A stretch of DNA of 64,000 nt from Anaerolineales bacterium (GCA_020630175.1 JAHDBW010000004.1:8694-72693), one strand, 5' to 3'; positions 28,019 through 38,087 are shown, numbered from the stretch's first letter. The notes: generated from the letters alone by a model not told the origin. Numbers and translations: made by a program.

Positions 28019-29611
28019 TTGAAAACACTAACACTTAGCTTTTGTATGATGCTGGCAACCCTAACACTGGTGGCCTGCGCCTCTGCAAATAACGATGGAC
28101 AAATCAACGCACAAGATGCAGTGGCCGCAACGGTTCAGGCAGCATTGGCTGAAACAGCAGTTGTGCGCACCGAAACCGCTGCCGAAGAGGCCACTAAAGT
28201 TGCCGTGCTAGAAGCCGAAATGGAAGCGATGGCAACTGAAACTGGGTGCTCCGGTGATGCAGTTTTTGAAATAGTTTCAGAAAGTGGGTCGGCCGAGGCG
28301 GGGCTGGTTGAGATTGGCCAACGCTTTGAGAAAACGTGGGAACTGCGCAATATTGGCGGCTGTCCGTGGAACGAGTTCTATCAAGCTGTCCGCGTCGATC
28401 CTGTTTATGAGGTTGATGGGGCGCAGGCCATTGCGTTTGATGCTGTGGTCAATGTTGGTGATGTGTACACGCTAAAGACCGAAGTTGTCGCGCCGACTGA
28501 ACCGGGTGATTATCAAGTTGCATGGGAAATGCGCGATGAAGACTTCATGGTGTTTGGCGAGCCGCTTTATATCAACATCACCGTGCCAGAACCGCTCAAT
28601 ACTGGCGCAGGATTGCCGCAACCTTTGTATTACATCAACGCTGATGACGGTCAACTTTGGCGCATGGAAACTGATGGGGAAACCACAACCCAGCTCACGA
28701 CTGAAGCGGGCGGTGTTTTTGATTTTGACGTATCGGTTAACAACCAAGTGGCGTATGTTGCCAACAACACGCTGTTTGTAATGGCTGGCACCGGTGGCGA
28801 AAAGACGCTGATTGCTCAAGGCCCGCCGTTAGACCAGATTGTCTCTGGGTCTGACTATCTTGATCGCCCAGTGTGGTCACCAGATGGTGGCGCAATCGCG
28901 TTTGCAAAAGACGGTGTTTGGCTGGCTAATCCGGCGACGGCAGATTTGGTAATGATCCAACCCAGTGACCCATTTCCAGATCTCACCTTGGCCGAAATTC
29001 CATTGCCAGAAGATGGGGCAATTGAGTTCTACTATCCAAACGCTTGGTCGCCTGATGGGTCTAAGCTGCTGCTTGATGTGAGTTACTTCCCTGAAGCGGG
29101 TAACGCTGCGATTAAGGATATCCAAACGGGGGCGCTAACGGATGTTGCCATTGAAGATACGATTGCGTGCTGTACCGCGAGTTGGACGGCAGATAGCCAG
29201 TCTGTAATTTTTGCGAGTAATGCAATTGTGTATGCCACACCGGGCATGTGGCGCGTTAATGCCACTGATGGTGTTGGCACGGCGTACTTTTCAAGTGACT
29301 TTGATGGCCCAATTGAGTTTGCATCCTCTGCCCAACAGTTGGCTGATGGCAATATTTACTTCTTCTATGTGGAAACTGAATCACCAGATCTTGCGAATGT
29401 GTTGCAAATGCACCGCATGCCAATTGATGGTGGTGAACCAGAGCCAATTCGTGAAGACGCGTATGAAATCCGCAATATTCTTTGGGCGCCAGACGCCAGC
29501 GGGGCGGTTGTAGCAACCGCTGACAACACACTCATCTGGCTCGGCTCAGCGGGTCAAGACCCAGTGATTTTGCCAGTGGCGGCGCAATTGCCTAAATGGG
29601 GATCGCAATAA
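28019..29611 (+). CDS. Lipoprotein with an NBR1/Ig-like domain and a TolB-like (PD40) beta-propeller
   Basis: Lipobox LTLVAC. The segment KTWELRNIGGCPWNEF...PGDYQVAWEMRDEDFMVFGEPL resembles the NBR1-type Ig-like domain. WSPDG-type PD40 repeats follow. TTG start is 8 nt after GGAG. Confidence 0.65.
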   Translation: MKTLTLSFCMMLATLTLVACASANNDGQINAQDAVAATVQAALAETAVVRTETAAEEATKVAVLEAEMEAMATETGCSGDAVFEIVSESGSAEAGLVEIGQRFEKTWELRNIGGCPWNEFYQAVRVDPVYEVDGAQAIAFDAVVNVGDVYTLKTEVVAPTEPGDYQVAWEMRDEDFMVFGEPLYINITVPEPLNTGAGLPQPLYYINADDGQLWRMETDGETTTQLTTEAGGVFDFDVSVNNQVAYVANNTLFVMAGTGGEKTLIAQGPPLDQIVSGSDYLDRPVWSPDGGAIAFAKDGVWLANPATADLVMIQPSDPFPDLTLAEIPLPEDGAIEFYYPNAWSPDGSKLLLDVSYFPEAGNAAIKDIQTGALTDVAIEDTIACCTASWTADSQSVIFASNAIVYATPGMWRVNATDGVGTAYFSSDFDGPIEFASSAQQLADGNIYFFYVETESPDLANVLQMHRMPIDGGEPEPIREDAYEIRNILWAPDASGAVVATADNTLIWLGSAGQDPVILPVAAQLPKWGSQ

Positions 29612-29630
29612 TCGGCAAACCTGCTGCGTT

Positions 29631-30689
29631 CTAATTTTCTAGCCATTGCACTTGCTGGATTGCATTTGCAATGGTTGCCGCCGGGGCGTTGTCGATTGAT
29701 AACCAAATGAGCGCATTGTCATTCAGATTGGCCGTGCGCGTAATGATCAATGCCCCGCGGCCAGTTGGGTCCCAGACGGCAGACCGCAGGCGGTGACTAT
29801 CATTCCGCAGTGGTAAAAGATCTTGCTGCCCATCAGCCGAAATGCTGTGCATCGTCAGTGGGGTGTTGCTCCCTAAACCGATATTGTCGCCAAAGAATCC
29901 GTAGAGCGAATCGTTTGGAAAATGCCGCAAATCGGCAGCTAGTAATTGGGTCTGGCCGGCCTTTGAACTTAGCAAATGGATTGGCGTGCCGCTAATCGCA
30001 GACACCAACCAAACACCGGCTTGGCCCGCATCTGGAATATTGTTCGAGATGTATAGAAAGCGTCCGCTTTGGGTCCAGTGTGCCGCGCAGCAGTTGGTGG
30101 GCACATTTAGAATAGTTTCCACGCCACCAGCGACGGTATAAACCAAGAAGCCGTTGCCAATTGCGTTTGCCAGCACTAAGCGGGCGCTATCCGCAGACCA
30201 ACTCAACACGTTGAAATTCCCGTTGATGGTGGCAATTTCTTCGCCGGTGGTGTCTAGTAATACAGTCGCTTGGCTAGTGTTTACTGCGAGCAACGTGCCG
30301 TTTGGTGCCCAGAGAACGTTCTTAATATTGGCTTTGCTTACAAATGCTTCCGCGTTGCTGGGGTCTGTTTTCTGATTGAGATAGACCTGCGATCCATCGG
30401 TCCAAGCTAGGGTTTGCCGCGCACTTGTATATGAAAACGCTTTGGCGGCCCGCCCATTCACGACCCATGTTTCTACGGTGTCGCCGTTGACATCTAACTC
30501 CCGAATTGCATCGCGTCCATCCAAAATCAAGATGTTAGCTGGCAGAATGCCGCTCTTTTCTTTTTCCTCGGTGACAACAGTCGGGACGGCCTCTGTGGCG
30601 GTTGACGGTAACTGGCCTGTGGGCGGTGCTGTGCCAGTGCACGCAACGAGACTTAACGCTAAGATCACAAGACAAATCAATTTCTTCAT
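29631..30689 (-). CDS. Lipoprotein with a TolB-like beta-propeller (paralog of the C-terminal part of the 28019 gene)
   Basis: Lipobox LSLVAC. WAPNG/WSADS repeats. The C-terminal DNALIWLS... aligns with DNTLIWLG... of the convergent neighbour. Confidence 0.65.
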   Translation of the reverse strand: MKKLICLVILALSLVACTGTAPPTGQLPSTATEAVPTVVTEEKEKSGILPANILILDGRDAIRELDVNGDTVETWVVNGRAAKAFSYTSARQTLAWTDGSQVYLNQKTDPSNAEAFVSKANIKNVLWAPNGTLLAVNTSQATVLLDTTGEEIATINGNFNVLSWSADSARLVLANAIGNGFLVYTVAGGVETILNVPTNCCAAHWTQSGRFLYISNNIPDAGQAGVWLVSAISGTPIHLLSSKAGQTQLLAADLRHFPNDSLYGFFGDNIGLGSNTPLTMHSISADGQQDLLPLRNDSHRLRSAVWDPTGRGALIITRTANLNDNALIWLSIDNAPAATIANAIQQVQWLEN

Positions 30690-30801
30690 GTTTCTATAGT
30701 ATCTAATTCAGCTAGGGGAGGCCAACTTTTTTGTATAAAACGCCTTTCCACGGATAGTTCTAGTCGTTGGGCAACCTTGAGATTGCCTGTTTTTTCAATT
30801 T

Positions 30802-31593
30802 ATGTGGTTTATTCTTTCAAAATTTTTACCCTTGATGGTTGTGCCGTTAGGGCTCATTATCTTTTTAGTTGTTGCGGCGCTGCTGTTTCGGAAGCGTGCT
30901 AATCTCAGTCGGAATCTGTTGTGGCTGATTTTGGTGCTGATTTTTGTCGGTGGTAACCGCTGGGTTGCAACCCAAGCAATTCAATCTTTGGAATGGCAAT
31001 ACTTGCCGCCAACTGAAATTCCACAGGCGGATGCTATTGTGACGTTGGGTGGGGGGCATCGTCATCAGGATTGGCCGCGCATCATTGCCGAAATCGGTGA
31101 AGCCGGTGATCGATATCTCGCTGCGGGTTACTTACAAAAAGAGGGCTATGCCGATACCATCATCGTTAGCGGTGGCATCATTCATCAATTTGGCTATGAA
31201 AACTCCGAGGCAAAGGCAATCTTAGACGTCTTGCAAATGCTGGGCGTGGCTGAAGCAGATGTGATCTTAGAAGAAGTTTCAACCAATACCTATGAGAATG
31301 CGGTTGAAACGCGCAAAATTGTTGAGGCTGAAGGATTTGAGAAAATTCTGCTCGTGACCTCTGCGCTGCATATGCCGCGTGCCTTGGCACTTTTTGAAGC
31401 CCAAGGGTTAGACGTTGTGCCAATCCCAGTCGATTATTCCATTACCGAATTTGAGCAGACCCAGCTGGTTAGCCCAACCCCAGCGACGGTGCTACTGTTC
31501 CTAGTGCCAGATGTGGAATATATGGCAATCAACTCGCGCGTTTTACGGGAATATATTGGGATTGCGGTTTATCGGATGTTGGGGCGCTTATAG
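30802..31593 (+). CDS. DUF218 / YdcF (ElyC)-family protein
   Basis: N-terminal TM helices, then IVTLGGG, IIVSGG, STNTYENA and LLVTSALHMPRA motifs. Confidence 0.75.
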   Translation: MWFILSKFLPLMVVPLGLIIFLVVAALLFRKRANLSRNLLWLILVLIFVGGNRWVATQAIQSLEWQYLPPTEIPQADAIVTLGGGHRHQDWPRIIAEIGEAGDRYLAAGYLQKEGYADTIIVSGGIIHQFGYENSEAKAILDVLQMLGVAEADVILEEVSTNTYENAVETRKIVEAEGFEKILLVTSALHMPRALALFEAQGLDVVPIPVDYSITEFEQTQLVSPTPATVLLFLVPDVEYMAINSRVLREYIGIAVYRMLGRL

Positions 31594-31929
31594 GGAATAG
31601 TCGTTTGGGGCCTTGCGTAAATACAGCCAGCCGTTGTGTTCTTCCGTCTCCAGAAATTTTAGGCGTTGGCCGGTATCGTCTGGCCATTGGCACAGCCCAG
31701 TGTTGAGATCAAAGCGCCAGCCGTGGCTCGGGCAGTCAATTTGTGCTTCCACGATTGTGCCGTAAGAAAGATCACCAAGCGCATGCGGACAAATTGCGCT
31801 AAACACTTTGATGGTTCCATCGAGTTTTGTCACTACGTAAGGTGCGCCCTCAACCTTGGCATAATGCACGCGGTTTTCACGGATTTTGTTCAGTTCAAGC
31901 AAGCGATGTAAGTTCGGATCAGGCAGCAT
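31588..31929 (-). CDS. Rieske [2Fe-2S] domain protein (NirD-like small ferredoxin)
   Basis: CPH (CPHALGDL) and CPSHGWRF cluster-ligand motifs. 113 aa. The convergent 6-nt stop overlap with the DUF218 gene was read directly. Confidence 0.8.
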   Translation of the reverse strand: MLPDPNLHRLLELNKIRENRVHYAKVEGAPYVVTKLDGTIKVFSAICPHALGDLSYGTIVEAQIDCPSHGWRFDLNTGLCQWPDDTGQRLKFLETEEHNGWLYLRKAPNDYSL

Positions 31930-32317
31930 AGTTTAGGGTGGACTAGAATTCTTATAGTAATCGTTAATATCAGGTTTATGTTTCTGCATAGAGAAACTGA
32001 TATAGTGATCTAAGTGTTTAGTAATTGCGTTCTTAAATCAAGCGCAACGCCAGACACAATGTGAAAAATAAAAATGTTTTGTAACTAGAGCGATCTCGCT
32101 AAGCCTATGCTTGCAGCAGGCTGCACTAAAACGGTAGGTTGCCGCATGCGCCAACGCTTTGGCAGGCCTAGAGATGAATAGTTACACGCTTTTCAGAAAA
32201 ATAAGTTTGCCTAAAACAGGCAGTTTTGCCCGTTTTGCGCCGTACGTCATTTACTATTATTGAATACGGTCAGCAAACTAGAGTTATAAACTAAATTATC
32301 GGATAAGTTCTACTTAC

Positions 32318-33253
32318 ATGAAAGAAATTCAAGACTTCACGCGTGCGATTATTGCCAACGTTGAAACGGTTATCGTCGGCAAGCGCTCTGTGATTGAAAT
32401 GCTAATTTTGGCTGTGCTGTGTGACGGCCACGTTTTGCTGGAAGATAATCCCGGCACTGGTAAAACCATGCTGGCGCGTTCTATGGCGCACTCGTTGGGC
32501 GTTGTGTTCAAGCGGCTGCAGTGCACCCCAGATCTGTTGCCAAATGATGTGACCGGCGTTTCTGTCTTCAATCAAAAGTCTGCGGAATTTGAGTTTCGGC
32601 CGGGGCCAGCGTTTTCAAATATTCTGCTTGCGGATGAAATCAATCGCGCCACACCCCGTACCCAAAGCTCTTTGCTAGAAGCAATGGCTGAAGGGCAGGT
32701 TAGTGTAGATGGCAAAACCTATAAGCTACCGCAGCCGTTCCTAGTGCTCGCCACTCAGAACTCAATTGAATTTGAAGGAACTTTCCCGCTGCCAGAAGCG
32801 CAGTTAGATCGGTTCTTTATGCGCTTGAATGTTGGCTATCCCGACTTTTTGCAAGAGAGCCAGATGTTGGTCAATTTGCAACGCTCGCACCCGATTGACC
32901 GCGTGCGCAAAGTGGTTGAAGGGGCGCAACTGCCAGCGCTTTGGAAGCAAGTTCGCGCTGTCCATGTGGATGACACCGTGCGTAATTATCTGCTGACGCT
33001 TATTCATTACACGCGCCAACATCCAGAGTTAGTAATGGGGGCAAGCCCGCGCGGCAGTTTGGCACTCTTCCGCGCCTCACAAGCGTTAGCCGCTATGCGT
33101 GGCCGCGACTACGTGTTGCCAGATGATGTCAAAACCATGACTGGCCCTTGTATTGCGCACCGCCTGATTATGAAACCAGAGACCGCGCTCAAAGGACGCA
33201 AAGCAACAGACATTGTTGCTGAACTCATTCAAAACACCAAGATCCCCGTTTAG
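32318..33253 (+). CDS. MoxR-family AAA+ ATPase
   Basis: VLLEDNPGTGKTMLARSMA, LLADEINRATPRTQSSLLEAM and ATQNSIEFEGTFPLPEAQLDRF are classic MoxR motifs. Confidence 0.9.
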   Translation: MKEIQDFTRAIIANVETVIVGKRSVIEMLILAVLCDGHVLLEDNPGTGKTMLARSMAHSLGVVFKRLQCTPDLLPNDVTGVSVFNQKSAEFEFRPGPAFSNILLADEINRATPRTQSSLLEAMAEGQVSVDGKTYKLPQPFLVLATQNSIEFEGTFPLPEAQLDRFFMRLNVGYPDFLQESQMLVNLQRSHPIDRVRKVVEGAQLPALWKQVRAVHVDDTVRNYLLTLIHYTRQHPELVMGASPRGSLALFRASQALAAMRGRDYVLPDDVKTMTGPCIAHRLIMKPETALKGRKATDIVAELIQNTKIPV

Positions 33254-33319
33254 GGACTGCGGCAAAGACACGACTACAGCGTAACTTTTTCTGAACAGGC
33301 ACGGAAACGTGCCTGTTTT

Positions 33320-34087
33320 TTATTTATCGTCTGCGATTGGGTGATAAACAATCGGCTTGATTAGCGTTGTGTCAAAGTCGGCAATATTATCTGGCCCAAG
33401 CCGCAATAACGCAGCTTCAACGTCAACCGCATTGGCACGAAATGCGCCAATTTCCACGCCCCGGCATTGATCGGGCAGCTTTGCCAGCCATTGTTTAGCG
33501 CGCAGCAGTAACTTCACCGCACCACGATAATTGCCTTTGGTAATGTGATGGTAACCCACGGACACCTGCAATAGCGCCCGATACAAATCTCGGTCTGGCG
33601 CAGTTTCTTGATTCCAAGCCGCTTCTAATGGATCGTGAGCAGTGTAGTAATCGCCAGCATTGAAGAGCGCAATTCCCTCAATTGCTTCTGGCAGCAGCGC
33701 CCGTTGACAGTTAATAGTAGGCGGTGGGTCAGCTTCTAATTCTGCGATTGCCTCGGCTACGGTTTCCATCTCGGCGGCGGTGGCTCCAATCACGTGCTGC
33801 GTAATGCGCCGCGTTGCCGGACTGCTCGCAATAACCGCGTGGCTATCGGCACTTAGCCCGGCTTGATCTAACACCAGCACTTGCGGCTGTATGTCTGCAA
33901 TCGCCCGGATCAGGGTTGCAATTGCGCCAGATGTCGGCTCGGTTGGGCGTGAATTTTGAAATGCAGCGCCGTCTGGCACATGCTTTGTTACGATTTTTCG
34001 GCCTGCACTGGTCAGGTGCTGCGCAAGTTGCGTGAGCCAATCTTGCTCGCTACTAATTAATAGAATGACAGTTGCAGGTGGTTTCAT
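33320..34087 (-). CDS. DUF309 domain protein with an uncharacterised N-terminal domain
   Basis: The C-terminal FNAGDYYTAHDPLEAAWNQE...YRALLQVSVGYHHITKGNYRGA matches the DUF309 pattern. Confidence 0.55.
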   Translation of the reverse strand: MKPPATVILLISSEQDWLTQLAQHLTSAGRKIVTKHVPDGAAFQNSRPTEPTSGAIATLIRAIADIQPQVLVLDQAGLSADSHAVIASSPATRRITQHVIGATAAEMETVAEAIAELEADPPPTINCQRALLPEAIEGIALFNAGDYYTAHDPLEAAWNQETAPDRDLYRALLQVSVGYHHITKGNYRGAVKLLLRAKQWLAKLPDQCRGVEIGAFRANAVDVEAALLRLGPDNIADFDTTLIKPIVYHPIADDK

Positions 34088-34204
34088 AATGGTTCAGAAT
34101 TGGTGAGCAGAAGGTAGCCAGCATACTTTATCCCCTTGCTTTTGCCACGGCAATAAAGTCTAACCAATTTTAGCGTAGCAATCCCACCGTTGGCAGATGC
34201 GCTG

Positions 34205-34213
34205 TGCTAGAAT
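34205..34213 (+). promoter_or_regulatory. Candidate extended -10 promoter (TGCTAGAAT) giving a near-leaderless transcript for the membrane-protein trio
   Basis: TGC+TAGAAT at 34205-34213, only 12 nt upstream of ATG 34226. No Shine-Dalgarno sequence lies between them. Confidence 0.35.
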
Positions 34214-34225
34214 CGCGGCGCTTTT

Positions 34226-35857
34226 ATGATCGCTATTTCTGTCTTGGTTCTACTTTTGATACTCGGTTGTTTTGCCCTTTATGGTGCAATTACCGGGTTC
34301 AAACTCACTGCGCTGATTGTATCAGGCGGGTTTGCGCTTGTATTTGCCTTACACCTAGCTCTCTTCTTCTACTTACCCGCAACTTATTCTTTTTCAACTT
34401 GGGAGACGGTCGGCCAAACGTTTGGCTATGTCGGCCAAGTAGATGCAGCCGCTTGGATTGGTAGCCTGGCCTTTTTAGTGGTGCTGCTTATTTCTGGGTT
34501 TTCTAGCTTGGCAAAGCTAGAAAATGTTAGTAAGTTGCCCGCAGTGTGTTTGTCATTTTCTGGCTTAGCCGGATTGTTAGTGCTGTGGGCCGGTAATTTG
34601 CTGGCACTCGTCTTGGCACTGGCATTCTTAGATGTGGTGATCTTTTCTTCACTCTTCGTGCTTCGCCAACGTACAGAAACATTTAGCGCCACAGATGACT
34701 CCGTCGGTCGGCGGTTTTCACTGGCGCTAGGCTTTGATCTGCTTTCAACGCTTTGTGTTACTGCTGCGGCCTTGTTTGCGTTTGCGGCTAACGGTTCATT
34801 AGCGTTTGAAGCCTTACCCTACCAAACAGGATTGGCGCTTTTATTCGCGGCAATTTTCCGTGTTGGAGCATCCAGCTTTACGGCGTCACAGGCTAGCTCG
34901 GTGACGGCCATCCCGGCTGAAGTTAATGTGTTCGTCAATTTGACGGCGTTTCTAGTGGCCGGTCGTTTGCTGTATTTAGCAGCGCCAACGTTGCAACAGC
35001 ATGACTTGCCACCGCGCTTGCTAACCTTGATTTTGCTTTTGGGCCTGTACGGCGCAATTCGCGTCTGGCTGTTTTCTGCCCCACGGATTGGGCTCATGCA
35101 AATTGTATTTGCGCAGGCTTGTTTGCTGGCGATCACGGCTGTATTTGGCGGTGAATCTTCTGGGTTCGCTGTGTTGATGCAAACCTTTTCTGTGACGCTC
35201 GGCCTCGCGATTTTGTTTACGTATCAAAAGCCACGGCATAACGCGCAGATTTTTGTTGCATTAGCATTTCTGGGGACAGCGGCGCTGGTTGGGCTACCGC
35301 TAACGGCTGGCTTTGTCGGGCAATTCGCATTCTTTGGCGGACTATCCAATGCGCGGGAATGGTTGCTGCTGGCATTAGCATTGCTCATCCAGATCTTGCT
35401 AATGACGGGTTATTTACGCATTTTGTTTGGTAACAATCCAGATGATCTGCCAGAGTCAAATTATTCACCGGGTTACTTGGTAATTTTGCTGGGGATTCCG
35501 TGTTTGTTAGTGCTGACGTTTGGGATTTTGCCAATCGCACTGACATCCATTGGCGGATTGCCAATTGGCTTTACGTTTGCCCAAGTTGCCACCGCGCCGG
35601 GTCTGTTGGCGGTTGGCGCAACGCTATTTTCTCTGATGTTAGGCGTTGTTCTTTGGTATTTCGATTCTGCCCTGCGCCCTTTGCTAATTGCCATCCGTGA
35701 GGCGCTATTTACAACCGGTGGTGATGTTGTGTCTTCGGGCATGTTGCGCGGCACGTCGCGCGTTTCAAATGGCATCGGCTTAGTGCTAGAAGGGGAAGGG
35801 GCGGTGCTGTGGGCATTGGTATTGATCGTTTTATTTGCAAGTGCGGTAGTGGGATAA
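34226..35857 (+). CDS. Polytopic membrane protein, possibly a degenerate NuoL/M/N-type antiporter-like subunit
   Basis: 543 aa and almost entirely hydrophobic helices. LLFAAIFRVGASSFTASQA occupies the position where the antiporter family carries K-x-G-x-x-PFH-x-W-x-P, but the motif is not conserved. Confidence 0.4.
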   Translation: MIAISVLVLLLILGCFALYGAITGFKLTALIVSGGFALVFALHLALFFYLPATYSFSTWETVGQTFGYVGQVDAAAWIGSLAFLVVLLISGFSSLAKLENVSKLPAVCLSFSGLAGLLVLWAGNLLALVLALAFLDVVIFSSLFVLRQRTETFSATDDSVGRRFSLALGFDLLSTLCVTAAALFAFAANGSLAFEALPYQTGLALLFAAIFRVGASSFTASQASSVTAIPAEVNVFVNLTAFLVAGRLLYLAAPTLQQHDLPPRLLTLILLLGLYGAIRVWLFSAPRIGLMQIVFAQACLLAITAVFGGESSGFAVLMQTFSVTLGLAILFTYQKPRHNAQIFVALAFLGTAALVGLPLTAGFVGQFAFFGGLSNAREWLLLALALLIQILLMTGYLRILFGNNPDDLPESNYSPGYLVILLGIPCLLVLTFGILPIALTSIGGLPIGFTFAQVATAPGLLAVGATLFSLMLGVVLWYFDSALRPLLIAIREALFTTGGDVVSSGMLRGTSRVSNGIGLVLEGEGAVLWALVLIVLFASAVVG

Positions 35858-35864
35858 CAACCCA

Positions 35865-36614
35865 ATGGAATTATTTGAAACAACTCTTTTCTTTTGGCTA
35901 GCCTTGGCAACAATTGTTGCGAGTGGTGCCGCGTTATTGCTGTTGCGTGACCGTCGGGCGCAAGTTGCAATTATTTTTATTATCTTTTTAGTATCGATTT
36001 TGGTCTTTATTAGCACGCTGCCATCTTATCTAGTGTTGGCAAAAGCAATTACGGCGATCATCGTGGCGCTGATGTTTTTTGCCACTGCTTGGCAAGTGCA
36101 TTGGATCGAAACACCAGAGCTTTCGAGCGCCATTGAAAGCGGCACGATGTCTATTCAGGCGGTGAACCCTGATGAGCTCCCCGTCATTGAAGACGCTGCT
36201 GGCGGCCAAACGTTTACCATGCCAGACCACGCGCGTCAGTCATGGTTGGCTGCGCCGCAGCTTTCAACGTTGATCTTTCGCAGCTTGATTGTGGTATTTC
36301 TGACCATTGTCGCCATCCGCGTTGCGCGCTTTGATGCCACTGCATCCATGCTCGGCTTAGACGCGTCTATTATGTCGATTAGCTTTGTCATGATTGCGCT
36401 GGGCATTGCGGTTGTGGGTCTAACGGAAGCACCGTTTCGCGCGGGCTTAGGCATGATTATGCTGCTGACGGGCTTTGATCTGGTGTATGCAACCTTGCAG
36501 CCTTCGCTAGCAGTTGTTGCGCTATTGGCGGTTGTCAATATTAGTGTGGCGCTTGGCTCTGGGTATCTAACCCTAGTGCGTGCCGAACGATTTTTGGAGA
36601 CGGCTGACTTCTAA
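35865..36614 (+). CDS. Polytopic membrane protein of unknown function
   Basis: 249 aa. TM helices at both ends flank a soluble acidic linker. It starts 7 nt after the previous gene, and its stop is adjacent to the next start. Confidence 0.45.
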   Translation: MELFETTLFFWLALATIVASGAALLLLRDRRAQVAIIFIIFLVSILVFISTLPSYLVLAKAITAIIVALMFFATAWQVHWIETPELSSAIESGTMSIQAVNPDELPVIEDAAGGQTFTMPDHARQSWLAAPQLSTLIFRSLIVVFLTIVAIRVARFDATASMLGLDASIMSISFVMIALGIAVVGLTEAPFRAGLGMIMLLTGFDLVYATLQPSLAVVALLAVVNISVALGSGYLTLVRAERFLETADF

Positions 36615-38041
36615 TGGCACTCAATATTCCTTTAGTTTTCTTATTTTTGCTGATTGTTGGCGCAATCATTAGCTGGGTTGTGGGGCGTTGGCAGACAGCA
36701 CAGCTTGGCGTTGCGTTACTAACAACGCTGATTTTGTTGATTTTTACTACGCAAGTGCCGTTAGAAAGTAATGTGCTGGCACTTGGGCAGAGCGTTATTT
36801 TGCAACCGGTGTTCAATTTCGTTGGCCGCTCGCTTACATTTTCAGATCAGGTGCGCCCAGCGTTAACCGTCCTGTTTTTGATGGCGATGCTGTTTTTCAT
36901 CGGGGGCTTTAGTATCCAGCTCGAACGCACGTTTGTGACGGGCGGCTTGTTGGTTTTGATGCTGGTGGCGGCCACTATTTTGGTGAAGCCATTTCAGTTT
37001 GCGGCGTTATTCTTGCAAATTCTGGCTGCGTTGGCGGTCTTTTTACTCAGCGATGTGGTGCACTTCAAAACCCGTGGCGCATTGCGCTTATTGGTGTTCT
37101 TTACGATTGGGGTGCCTTTTGTGTTACTGGCTGGCTGGCAACTTGAAGGCGCTGGCAATGCCACCAACGGCGTTGATATTCTTGACCAAGCCGCGCTTTT
37201 GCTAAGCATCGGGTTCTTGATTTTGCTTTCGGTATTTCCTTTCCATTCTTGGGTTCCGGTTGCGCTAGAAGAAGCCAACTCATACGCAGCGGCCTTTGTG
37301 GTGACAGTGGTCAACTTGGCCGTGATCTTTGTGCTCATCTCATCCTTGGCCGACATCGACTGGCTGCGGTCTAATTACATTTTCCAAAGTGTGTTTGGCT
37401 GGGGCGCAATCGCTACGATTGTGATCTCTGGGATCTTTGCGGTTGGGCAGCGCAGTTATGGGCGCCTAATGGGCTATGCCTTACTTAGTGATTTGGGCGC
37501 AACCTACCTCACATTTACGCTAACAGACTACACTAGCTATCAACTAGGCTTGGTGTTGCTAATTATTCGCGTGCCAGCCGTGGTTTTGTGGGGCATTGGG
37601 ATTGGGGCGCTAGCACCAGATGGTGATGATAGCTTCGAAGCGTTACGGGGCTTGGCGTGGCGCAAACCGTTTTCGGCACTGGCCGTGTTTATTGGCGGCC
37701 TGTCGTTGATTGGCTTTCCACTGACGATTAGCTTTCCAGTGCGCTGGCAGCTCTACCAAGCGCTGATTGTTTCGAATGCGTGGGGCGCGTATGCACTGAT
37801 GCTGGCTAGCGTTTGTATTATCCTAGCCTATGCACGGGGGGCGCGACTATTGTTAGATCGCTCTGCGTTACCAGAATCTGAGACGCCATCTGATTCTGAT
37901 CTGGTTGCAGCTGAGTCGCCTGTCAATACGGTCATGTGCATTATTGGGGCTGCCGCGCTGCTTATCTTTGGAATCTTCCCGCAGTTTATTCTGCCTATCT
38001 TTACGGCACTAGCGCAGTCATTTCCACAGCTTGTTGGTTAG
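36614..38041 (+). CDS. NuoN/MrpD-type proton-conducting antiporter-like membrane subunit
   Basis: About 14 TM helices. FPFHSWVPVALEEANSYAAAFV matches the PFHxWxPxAxEGAPxxxSA core of the complex I/Mrp antiporter family. Confidence 0.65.
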   Translation: MALNIPLVFLFLLIVGAIISWVVGRWQTAQLGVALLTTLILLIFTTQVPLESNVLALGQSVILQPVFNFVGRSLTFSDQVRPALTVLFLMAMLFFIGGFSIQLERTFVTGGLLVLMLVAATILVKPFQFAALFLQILAALAVFLLSDVVHFKTRGALRLLVFFTIGVPFVLLAGWQLEGAGNATNGVDILDQAALLLSIGFLILLSVFPFHSWVPVALEEANSYAAAFVVTVVNLAVIFVLISSLADIDWLRSNYIFQSVFGWGAIATIVISGIFAVGQRSYGRLMGYALLSDLGATYLTFTLTDYTSYQLGLVLLIIRVPAVVLWGIGIGALAPDGDDSFEALRGLAWRKPFSALAVFIGGLSLIGFPLTISFPVRWQLYQALIVSNAWGAYALMLASVCIILAYARGARLLLDRSALPESETPSDSDLVAAESPVNTVMCIIGAAALLIFGIFPQFILPIFTALAQSFPQLVG

Positions 38042-38087
38042 CTAGCGCTGTTGGTTGCATGCTAACAACTTAGTATTATTATCGCAA

